Origin: an uncultured bacterium
Lineage (GTDB): Bacteria; Omnitrophota; Omnitrophia; Omnitrophales; Aquincolibacteriaceae
NCBI GenBank assembly: GCA_964482725.1
Contig: CAYZYT010000009.1
Coordinates: 19,832 to 83,831 of the forward strand
Length of the DNA stretch: 64,000 nt
Direction of reading: 5' to 3'
Made by a program: the position numbers and the translations under genes
Shown here: in pieces, positions 1-12,000 of the stretch
Layout: each line of letters begins with the position of its first letter
How positions within the stretch are numbered: position 1 is the stretch's first letter
Notes under the pieces: model-generated
Seen by the model: only the letters and a program-made list of their open reading frames with translations
The model's database searches: none
Told to the model about the DNA's origin: nothing

Positions 1-44
1 AACTCATCGAGACGGCCGCTCCCGCACTTTCTGAAAAATATCAG

Positions 45-3000
45 TTGAGCCCCGATCAAGTTGCCAAAAGTGTTGTGCAAACCGTAAGCTCGAGCTCCGT
101 ATTTTCCGGCACCCTGACAGCCGATCAGCAAAAAGAAAATCCTTCGACGGTCCGTTTCACTCCGGCAGCGAGTTCTGAAATATCAACATCTCAAAATTCC
201 GCCATCATGAAAGCGGCTGCGACCATGGGGCGCGCGGAAGCCCTCCAGCTTGATCCCAGGACAGACGCGGGGCTCGGACAATCCGCCACGGACATCGACT
301 TCAGCGCCAGGGCTCCTGCAGTGCTTCGTGCTGAGATCCGCCCAAAGGCGGATTCATTCCAGACGCCCATCACGGTTCAAGTGGCGCCTTATCGTCAGAT
401 CAAAATGTGGGGCGAGGGGAAGCGGTTGAATATAGCCATTCCGGGCATTACGGTTGTCCCGCTCGATCTTCAGGAAAGTTCTGGCATGGATAAGGTGATT
501 GCCGTACGCCTGAGCGTTTTTGTGAAAGTTCCCGCGGCATCGAGCGAGGATGTTTTTAAAGCCTACAGGGGGGACGTTTCTTTGGCCGCGAAAAAAATCC
601 CGGCATTGGGAAAAAATAAAAGTATTGTTTTTATTCCCAAAACCCCCAAGTCCGCGGAAGTAAAGGATTACGAAAATTGGCAGAGGGTTGTGATCAGCGA
701 TAACCCTGTGAAGGTCGCCATCGATCTTGGAAAGGCGATAGAGATTTTTGTGAAGGCCCGTTCCGAGCAGCGGCGGCCGACCAAGTTTGAGCCCGTGGAT
801 CCTGACACCGTCAAAAAGATGATGGATTTTATGGCATTGATCCAGCGGCCCTTTGATTCCGGGATCCACTTCGGACTTTTCCTGGGCGTTGGGGAAATGC
901 TGGCGGGCGAGCCGGCTTCTATATTAGCGGCGATCCGGCGCGGGAATTCAGGGGAGGCTCAAATTCGTGTGAGATCGCTGATGGAACGACTGAACAAACG
1001 TGTCGTGGCGATGCCCCTCTACTTCAAGAACCTTCGGGCACTTGCTGAAAAACTGGCCGGGATGGAATTGATCGATCCAGAATATCTCGAGACTTTGCAA
1101 TCATCGCTTCGGAAGAAAGAAGAAAAAGCCAGGTCAGAAGAGAGTTCTCTTAAGTCTCAGCTCGGCAAGTCTCAGTACATCAAGCTTTCTTCGGCCACGG
1201 AGGAACGCTCTGAACTCAGAGAAAGACAGGTTTTTGAAGGGGACTTGACCACGGAGAAAACCGTTCGCGGGCATGCGGTCTTTCTTTCGGAGGATAAACA
1301 CGATTTTCAGTGGGCCATGGCCCCCGGTGGAGAATCTTTGGCTGAAACGGAGTATGAGACCTGGTTCAAGATCGTTCACGATGGGATCAACGAGCTTTTT
1401 CTTCCGCCTATGGCAAGGCATCTGAAAATCTTTATTCAAAAAAAGAGGGAAGAGGCAATAAAAAGCAAAAAGACATCCAGCGATCCCATGCTGAAGACTT
1501 CCCACCCGATCGCGCTGGTGCTGGGGGCGGTTCAGGACGGGGTTGCCAAGAATGATATCAAACAGCTTGAAAAAGGATCCGTGGAAGAGAGTCTCTTTCT
1601 TAAGTATGTTGAAGATATGGCGCGTATTTTTAAGATCCAGCGGCAGATCGTCCTTCGCTCGGGAGGCTCTGATGAAGCGGAAAAGATCATCAAGCGTCAG
1701 TTCAGTGTTGCCCTTGAGCTTATGGAGGAGAATATCGCACAAAAAGAGGAGGCACTGGACAGTCAGCGACGACGGCTTGCTTTTTTCCCGCATGCCGAGC
1801 AGCAATTGAAAGACAATGAGATGATCCTTCAGGAGGGACGGGAGGGTCCCACGCCGCTTGATGATGAATACAGGGAAGATCTTGAAGAGAAAAATGAAAA
1901 CTGGCGAGAGATCCTCGAGACGAAAGAGGAGGTCGTGAAGGCGGAAGGCCGTCATGATCTTCAGAAGATGGTTTTGAAGGGGCTGGAGAAACGATTAAAA
2001 CAAGGTGTGGAATCCGAACTGTATTTGGGGAAGACGGATGCGGAAGGGAACCCCCTTGCTCTAGGGATGAAAGACGGAGGGAGTTTGCCTTTTGTTATTT
2101 ATAGTTATGCCCTCAAAAATTTCTTGAGTAAGATTAAAAAATTTGATCTGGAGACAATCGAGGGGGCTCATGGGGCCCAGTCGAATCAGGATAGTGGTAC
2201 GGTTTTTCGTGATATTGCGATGGGTTTGACCGAACGACTGGAATTGGAAATGATCGGAGGCGTGGCGCCTCAGGAAAAAAATATTTCGATCATTTCAGAC
2301 GGAACTCAGCGGATTCTTTTTGTGAGGAGGCCGCTTTCAGCCAATGAGATCCTCCGGGAGGTTTCCCGGTATGGGGCCGACCTGGTCGGGATCGTGGCGA
2401 CTCAGAGCAGCGCCAGTGCCCACTGGGTCATTGTTGTCCGGGGAAGAAATTCCGCGCCTCCGATTTTGTTTCTTTCGGAAAAAAAATATAAGGATATGCT
2501 GAACAAGATCCAGCTCGATGAGGATGTGCTTCTTGTGCCGAGTGATGAAACGGTAGGGCGAGGCGTTTTGAAAACGAATCCTTCTCCCGAAGATTTGGAT
2601 AAGGCTCTTCGGGCCAAAAAAGAAGAAGACCTCTTGGCCCAGGGGGAGAGAAAAATCGGTCAGTTCCCGTTGGGTATTTCTGTCGGGGTCAATCTTAGCA
2701 CGCACGATATCGGAGATCCTCGGGCGAGCGGAGCCGATAATTCGGGGCTCGTCCGTAAAGACTTTTTGGATGATAAGACAAAAAGAGAGATCGAGGATGT
2801 CGGGCAGTCGATCGGGTCCGGCGACTTTAAGTTTGATGAGTGGCTCACGGTCCTGGAAAAATTAAATTTTTCCGACATGAGCAGCAAGGTCGATATTGAT
2901 TCGCTCATGAATAATTTTGTCGGCGTGCTTACGCCTGAGGCCGTGGGACGGATCCGGACCCTTTTAGGACATTTGCGGACGGTTGACGGAAGAGTCCTCC

Positions 3001-6000
3001 GCGACGATTTTTTTGAAGGCGGCAAGTACGTTCCTTTCCGGACCCTCGATCTTCAGCCCGACAGTAAAAATAAAGATCTCCTGGATGCGCTTAAGCGTCT
3101 TCATCGCCAATACCCGAAGGCCGGGCTCATCCAGCTTTCACCGGAAGAGCTCAAAAAGGATCCTCTGAGAAACGGGGTCACGGGATTTGATTTTTATCAA
3201 CATTCGAATTTGGGGAAGTTTTTTCTGATCTGGCAGGTTACGGCCCTTCTTATCGAATATGCCCAACATTTGGATTCGACGGATCAAAAAGATCCGGCGA
3301 AGCTGGCTATTCTTTTCCCCATGGTGGCTTCTCCCGAACAGTTGAAGTTCATTCAGCAGGAAATTCTTCCTGTTGCCCGAAAGCTGGCGGTTTTGAACTT
3401 TGAACGAACAGACGAATGGGATACGCAGTCTTTCCTCGCGGTGCAGGCGAAGGTCCAGAAGGCTTCCGACCGGGTTTCCTACGGAATGATGGTGGAAGTG
3501 ATGGATATCCTGAAAAATGAGTCTTTGATGGATTCCATGGTCCAAAACCCATTTGTGGAATTCTATGATATCGGGACTAACGACCTCGAAAAGGAGCTGT
3601 GGGAGAGTATTGTCAAGGCCCCCGTTGATCGAGATGTCGAAGAAGCTCAAAGGCTTTTCGGAAGATTGATGCCTGATCTGGTCATGGGGCTCGACCGTTT
3701 TGCGAGGAAATTGGCCGATTACAATATGGAAGCCGGTCGGGATCCTGCCCGGAAGCAGAAACGAATGTGCGTTTGCGGGCAGATGGGGGGGAACCAGAAA
3801 TTTCTGGCCTTGGTCGAGCGTTGGCGTCGTTTAAAAGTTCCGGTTTCTGTCAGCGTGGGTCCCGAAGACGTTAGCCATGTGCGTCACGCATTGCTGCGTT
3901 ATTCGCGCGTATCGCAATCCTCCTTGGATGAGGTGTTTGAGGTTCCAAACTATATCGATCGCCGGGCGGGAAAGTTGGCAAAGTCCCAAATGTTGATCTC
4001 AAAAAAATTCCTCAAGGTGGCTGAGGCCTGGCAGGAACGCTATGCCCGAATGGGCTACTATCATGGCTTTTACAGGGATTCCCTAGATCCCGTGACGGGG
4101 ATCGGTAGTTTTCGGGACATTCTGGTCATGCGGGATATTTACAAGCTCTTCGGAGGGAAACAGCCCGATCTTAAAGGAGCTGGAGTTGCTGAAGAGGAGG
4201 ATATGACGCGGGAGGAATTTGAAAAGCTTCTGAATTACGAGAAGGGGAAGAGCGGTCTTTTTGACGAGCAGGTTTGCGCGGCCTTACTGAGTGCTTATGA
4301 TTTTCTGAAAGGAGTGAGACAGGTCTACCGGGAAATGCAAGTGAAAGATCCTCAGAAATTTAAAGAGCCGTTCAATCTTCATACCGGAAATCTGAATGAC
4401 TTTCTCGAAGCTTATGAAGGAAAATTTGGCAAGCAGGAATGGTTGGCGAGGACTGATGCCCAACAGCGGCAGGACCAATTCTTTCGTCATTATTACGTCA
4501 TGGCGAATCATGTTTATACGTCACTGACGGGCATGGTCCACGAAGGCTACGAGGATCTTTTTGGGGCCGATTATGAAGATATCGGGCTTGTAACCGTCAT
4601 TCAGACGGAGAGGGATAGCCAACACAAAGAGGAGGCGATTCCCCTGAGGGTCCAACTTCGGAGCGGGATGTTCTTTAAGCGTGAGGTGGGGCACATTTAC
4701 CGGAAAGTCAAAGAGCTCTATATCCCTGAAGCTTATGAGAGGATGGCGTTCGAGCGCTTTTCGAGAAACCCCGCTCTGATGCTTGAGGTCTTTAGCCGGG
4801 CCGTGGTCGATGGGGACGAAGAGGTTCGTATCAGTTACGATCTCCAGAAGATCATGCGTCGGGCCATTCGGAATGCGGGTCCTGTCTCGTCCGGCGCGGA
4901 CGAGATGCTCTTTAAAAATCTGATCAAGGGCTTTTTTGCTCTCGATCATGACATCTCCTATCCGATTTGGCGCATGCACCGCTTCGGCTTTTTCTCGAAA
5001 TTTCTTCCTGATTATGATGCGATGCCCAATTTTTTCCCCGGCGACGGCCGCCGGAGCTCGGTGCATATCCAGACACTGAACGCCATGGAATTTCTGGAAA
5101 AGCTTTTCAATACGAAGGATTTCGCGTTCTTGCGGGCCGGGTTGGTGCTCCAGCAGTTGAAAGTGGATCCTCAAGATCTCACCACGCTCCGTCTGAGTCT
5201 TCTGATGCTCGGGATCGTTCGGGCCAAGTTACGCCTGAAGCCGGGGAATGTTCCGGCGCCGGCCGACATAAAAAAGATCGTCGCGGAGGCGCTTGCGGCC
5301 TTCGGGATATCCGGTCAGTCGGAGCAGGCTGAGCTTATTGCCTGGTTGATCGAGGGGGAACGGACGTTGAACCGCAATGATCTCTCCGCCCCTGAAAAGA
5401 TCCGAAAAGCGCTTGAAACGATCTTCTTGGAGGAAGGGAAAAACATTACCAGCAAAAAGTGGGACATGCTTTATCTCCTTACTTTTGTGATGAGAGCCGG
5501 CCGGGCGGAGCACGAAAAACTCGTTATGTTGAAACGCGAAGGGCCGGACTCCTCTTTGGCGAATTGCGACAAGCTTTATCTCGCCGGGAAGGTGCTGACC
5601 AAGATCTCGATCCCGCCGCAGGAGTTCGAGCAGCTTGTGGAAAAAACGCAGCGTTTGGAGCGGGATGGATTGCAGGAATTGAATCAGCCGGTCCTGATGC
5701 GGTTACTGACCGGTGAAAAAGCCGATCCGGAAGAGGAAATATCAAAGGCGTGGGCGGATTTTTCACGGAGGGAAGCCGATATTTTGGCCTATTATGAGCA
5801 AAACGAGATTCTCCCTTCCAAATACCGGGAAGCCCTCCATGCCGAAATAGACGCGATGGCGCATCAAAGGACTGTTTTCAAAACGATGTTCCTCAAGTAT
5901 GAAAAAATGGTCTCGCGCTATTACTGGAAAGGGCTCGATCCGGAAACGTTAACGCAGCAGCTTATTTGCTGCATTTCCCTGGAGGTTCTCCAGAGGCATG

Positions 6001-9000
6001 CGGATCACCGGCCGATCCTTCTTTTCAATGCGTTGCCGCAGCATTATTCGAATGCTTTTGAAATTGTATTTGGACGGGTGTCCGAAGATCCGGCGCTGCT
6101 AGCCATTTATTCCCGCATTCTCTACCAAAATGATTTTTCGATAGAAACCGTGAACATTCAAAGAGAAAAAGGCGAGGAAGGGAAGTTCATCGTTCGGTTC
6201 ATGGGGAGCTTTCCGCGTGGGAAACAGGACCTCAAGCCGGTGATGACCGCGATGCGAAAAGATCTGGCGGATATCCTTGATGCCCCGGGAGAAGCGAAAG
6301 AGAACCGGCCGGGTTGGTTCGAGGAACGGGTGCGTCGTCTTTATCGGTTGTTGGGGCCGTATTCGGAATTGGCTCTGTTCGCGGCGAATCAAAGGAATAA
6401 CCCGCTCTTTTTCAGAAATACGTTCAATCGCCATGGCGATCTGGCGGTTCAACGGAGCGGTGGGACGACCCCGACTACGGAAGTTGATTTTTTTGAAGGC
6501 GGAGGGAGAGGGAATTCTTCTTACAATACTCTCACGATCAGCACGGAAGATCGCCGGGGGCTCACCGCGCTTGTGACGAACTATCTATCCTTGATCCGGG
6601 GATTGAATATCTCCGATTTTTCTTTCGAAGATACCCTGGGGAAAAAGACCAAGATGATCGTTCGCCTGAATCATCCCCGAAAAGAAACATGGCAAGAGGC
6701 GCTCTTTTTCCGGATCGTCGGGATCTTTTTCTTTTGGAAGGCCCCTTGGAAAAAATCCAAAGATCGGCTTTCTGAAAAAGAAAAGACGCAGATCAAAGAA
6801 GAGTTGACGAACATGTTGGACGCTTTTGAAGCCGTTATTCATCGCGGACATTTCTTGAATACCTATGCCTTGAAGATCAATGCTTCGGGAACGGTCAATC
6901 CTGCGGATGTTGCGGAGAAATCTTCGGAGGCTTCATCGGAACCTGCTCCCATCGAGGTCGAAGAATCGACCGCGGAAGTGATGCCGAAAGGAGCCGTGAC
7001 GAAAGCCGTTGATTTGCCGGAAATCCCTACCGTCGGAGTGGACGATCCGTCGGCCCGCGAGTATACGATTCAGGGGAGTCTCGGTCTTCACGCGATGCCC
7101 TCGCAGTTGCTGGCTAAATTCGCAATCAATCAGTCTTTTCTTGACGAGGTGATTTTTGAGCAGAAGGGTATTCCAACGGACATGAAGTCCGTCCTCAGCC
7201 TTTTGGAGTTGGGTCAGCTATGGGGAGAGCCTGTTGTGATCAGGATCAAAGCCAAGCCGGAGGCGACGCCGGAGCAGCTCCAGGCGTTTTGGACCTGGAT
7301 TGAGGAGCTTCGGGATCCCGGAGATCCGAAAAATCTTCTCTTCTTTGCCCCGATCAAGCGGTCGGAGGTACGAGTTGAGGAAAAACAGTTTAGTGTCGGC
7401 AATCGCCTCGGTATCCATGTGCGCCCCGCGGGTGTTATCGTGACTCTGGCCGAGGCATACGCAGGCTCGCTCAAGATCAAGATCACTAAGAAGAAAGTCA
7501 CCGTCAATGCAGCAAGCATGATGGGGTTATTGACACTCGATGCCGGAAAGGGTGCCAAGGTTACCATTACCGTGGAAGGTCCCCAGGAGCAGGCTAAGGA
7601 ATTCTGGGACAAGCTCGCGTTGCTTGAGGAAGGGGGTGAGTCCCTTTTCCGTTCGGAGATCCGCGGCAAGGGAAAGATCCTGTTTGTGGATGACGATCCC
7701 GGCATTCAAATGACGGTCGCAGATTCCTTGGCTTTTGTGGGGGGCTACGAGGTGGAAAAGGCTTTCAGCGCCGACGAGGCCCTCGAAATATTGAAGAAAG
7801 GCGATTTTGTCCCCGATCTTATTATTTCGGATTTTTCTATGCCGGGGAAGACGGGCGGCGATCTTGTAAAGGCAATCCGTCTAAGCGCAAACGGGATCGC
7901 GAGAATCCCGGTGCTTATGTTCACGGCGGCCGCGGCACAAATGGATATAGAGAATCTTTATCGTGAGGGCCAGATCACCGGGACGGTGTCAAAAACAAGC
8001 GAGCCGGACAAATTCCACGCCCAGGTCGAGTGGATCCTTCAGAATGAGCAGAGTGTCCGGGAGATCCTGGCTCTTGCGGGGGAAGATGTTGCTGCCAAAG
8101 TTGCCCTGGATCAGGAGATCCTCCAATTTATGCTCCATCCAAACCAGAGCCCTCGCGTTCTAGCGAAACTCCTGGAATTAGGGATCCGTGAAGACGTTCC
8201 CCGATGGCAAGAAGTGCTTGGGGAAGTTCAAATACGCCTCCATCGCGACATCGCAAAAACGCAGGTCGCGCGGGGCCGCTCAGAAATACGGAATTTTACG
8301 GACGTGTTCAACTCTATTCTGATCGTGGATGATCGTTTGGCGAATCGTTATGCCAATGTCCAGATATTGAAAGCCCGAGGATTTAAAGGCGTGATCCATC
8401 AGGCTGCCAGTGCCGCCGAGGCCCGGGACATTATGAAGCAGCAGAAAGTCGACGTTTTGATCCTGGACAGGAAAATGCCTGGCATGCTGGGAACGGAATT
8501 TGCCCGGGAGATCCTTCGGCCGTCAGAAAAACTTGGAGTGAGCGTCGTTCTTTTTACCGCTCAAAAGAAAGAAGCGGAACAGGAATTATCGGGGATCGGT
8601 GATCGGGTTGTGATCGTAGAAAAAGAAGGGGATGATCCCGTGGGCAAGATAGTCAGCGCGCTGAATCAATTAGCCAACCGGTCCGAAACGCGGGAGATCA
8701 CTAATCGTCAGAGGATCGCGCATCTGATGTCCTATCTGGTCAATAACATGACGATGCCCTTAGTGATGGCCACAGATCGTGATGCGGTCAGCATGGAGAG
8801 CCTCAAGTCTTCGATCGGTGAGCTTGTCCTGCTATTCCGCATATTGGATGTGAAAGATATGGAGTCTCGTGGGGAAGAGCTTTTTATCCCCGCCGGGGAC
8901 GACAATGAGAACATTATTGTCCATAAAAAGACCATTGGTCTTGGCGGCAAAACGCCAGGTCAGATTTTTAAGGGAGAATCCTTGGAACAATTAGCGGCGG

Positions 9001-12000
9001 AGGTCCGGTTTGATTGGATCCTGGAAGATTTCAAGCCGGAGATCCTTGAGCTTCGTGGATGGAGGGACGCTCTTGCCATAAAGGCTGCGGCGGACCTGAG
9101 CGCTACGGAACGCAGGAACATCGCCCGTATGGCAGAGAAGATCCTTGAGAAAAGTCAGAAGACCGTAGCGCGATTGAGCCAAACCGTCACCCAAGTGAAA
9201 AAGATCCTTGTGGTCGATGATGATGTCGCGAATCGTGCTCTTTTAGAGAATCTTTTAAGGCGCCAGGGGTATACGGTCGTTGTGGCGACCAACGGAGCCG
9301 AGGCGATCAAGAAGCTTGAAGACGAACACGACATTGATTTTCTGATCACGGATTTTCACATGCCCGAGAAAACAGGCGGGGATATTCTCCAGGCGATGGC
9401 CGAGGGGAAACTTTCCAGAAAAATACCTTCAGCCCTCATGAGCGGCGGTTTGAGCGATAGCACGGTGGACCTAAAACTGTTCTGGGCGGAAGGCGTTTAT
9501 GTGGAGTTTCTTCAGAAACCCAACTTGATCAAGCCTCTCTTTGAGATCCTGAAGCGATTTGATGGCCCTGGTGCGGCGGGAGTTGGCCCGGCGAAAGCAG
9601 CCGGCTCCGAAGCTTCCTTTTCAGCGGAAGCCGTTTTAAGGATCAAGAAGATGCTGGAACTTGAAAATCGCGCCGGTGATGTGCTGGAGATGTATCAAAA
9701 AGATGTCGTTGAAGGCCGATTGCCCCGGGCGGCTTCGCTCAAACAGTTGCTAGCCTCGTTCAGGGACGGAGCGGAGAAAGAGTCTAATCTTTACAAGAGC
9801 GCAAGTTGGGTTTTAGGAGAAATAGGGGCCCGTTCCGAAATGCGGGAATCTTCCAACCGTCAAAAGATTATTAATTTGCTGCGTCATTCTCTGAGCGGGA
9901 GGATCCAAATTTTTGAAAGTGCCGAAGATGCCTCGTTCGTTTCGAAGGAAATTTTGAGAGAGACTGTGAGAGAGACCCTCGTAGTCTTTAGAGTTTTTGA
10001 TCTGGAGCTGTTTAAAGCCCGGGGAGGCCAGCTTTTTATCCCGAAAGATGACCCCAATGTATTTGCTTATCAGATCCCTTCCGCGCAGACCCGTGATGAT
10101 GGAAAAGGCGGGAGAGAGCCGGTGAAGGTCTATCAAACGTCTGTTTTTGGAGCGATGGAGAAAGGAAAAACGTTCAGTTTTTTAAATTCCGAGGATCAAG
10201 CGGCTCTGTATCAACTTTCGGAGGAAGTCGGTTTTGAGAAGATCCGTGCTGATTTTAATCCGCAAGTTGTAAAGTTGGAGGAATTCAAAAAAGAGCTTTC
10301 AACGACGGCGGATATAGCCCCTGAATTAAGATCAAGGATCAAGCTTCTTGGCAAAGAGCTCTTGGAAAAGATCGATGAACTTTCCGCGCCTTTGGCTGCG
10401 GAGCCGAGGACGATCACCGCGGTGCCGAAAAATAAGGCAAACTTGCATATTCTTGTGGTGGATGACGAAGACGGCATGCGAACGACGACGGCAAAGTTAT
10501 TGCGAAACAAGGGATATGTGGTCAGTACGGCAGTGAATGGCAAAGACGCCTTGGATAAGCTTCGAGCGGGAGGCATTGAGGGTGTGGTCTCGGATATCAC
10601 CATGCCTGAGATGGACGGGATAGCCTTGACGAATGCGATCATTGATGAGGGAATAAACGTCTTTATTTTTCTTGTAAGCGGTTATAGCTCTACGGACTTG
10701 GGTTTAGAAGGGTTCGCGAAAAAGGGGAAGAAAGTAGGGTTTTTCCAAAAACCCTATTCGCTCTCGGATTTAGACAAAGCAATCAAGGAACATGTCCGCT
10801 CGGAAGTGCGGGGAACGGAGAAAATTCAGAAGGATATTGCGGATCTGAACGGGAAGATCGTTGCCGAGATGGAAAGGATGAGTCTCCGGGTCCTGGGGAC
10901 AAAAGAGATGAAAAGGACTTCGGAAGGTCGTTCGCTTTATAGAACTTTTGATCATATGACGAGGAAAACCTCACGCGATCGTTATGTCAGCCTGGCCGAT
11001 CTGGAGTTTACTCAGCGGGACTTGGCCCTGTTTGTGCAGAATCATGCTCGTCAGGTTGCCTCTGAAAAGGCCGCGCTGGATGTTTTGGGCCGCCACCTGG
11101 ATAATCTCATCACGCAAAGAAAAAAGATCGAAGATCTCTACAAAGAACTTGGCGCGACGCGTTATGCCCCGGTTTCCACGGAGGCTGATAAACAGGCGGC
11201 GCTTGATTATATTCAGACGGCGGGGACTGTTTGGCAGATTGATCTACAGCGTTTGATCGAAAGTGTCCCCGAACAACAGACCCATTTACGGCCCTTATTG
11301 GAGTCTTTCACAGCGCCGCTCAAAACATGGATTTTGAAACCGGGATACGTTTCTCTCGAGAAGGAGCAGAGCCCGGAATATCTCGTTGGGATTTTGAATC
11401 GATTGCACAAGTATGAACGAACCGCATCGGGGGACCTTGCGGAGCATCACGAAGCTGGCACGAGGGATCTGATCACTGCGCCGCGTCGCCTTGAGATGTT
11501 CCAACTGGCCGAAGGGCTGAGCTATCTGATTGCGGCTTCGAAAAATCTGAAATGGGCTCAATCGGAATTCCCATTCGCTCGCGCGGAAGTGCGCGTGGCC
11601 GGAACTGCCGAATATAAAGAATCCGTACGGAATACCTTGCCCGTCGTTGTCGATTTACCTGTGGGGCTGGAAGTTGTTGCGGCGGCCGAGCAGCTGGGGG
11701 TCTATTCCGATCGAGGCATCGCCGCGGAACTTGAAGGGGGCATTTCCGAGGATAATATTAAGCAAGCCCGTCTTTGGATCGCGGTGAAAGTGCTCAAGGC
11801 CATGGGAGCCAGTGACGGACAGATCATGAATGAACGGCTGCGGTCATTCATGGACAAGGTGATGGCGTCGCTTCCGGGTCATATCAAAGCCGTGGCAGGC
11901 TTAGAGGCCGCGAAGGGACCGCAGTTCCACGTCTACCTGGAAGGTCTTAGTGAACAGGATTGGTCCGAGTTTGTCCGGAATTTCCCTGTGGTTTTGGGGA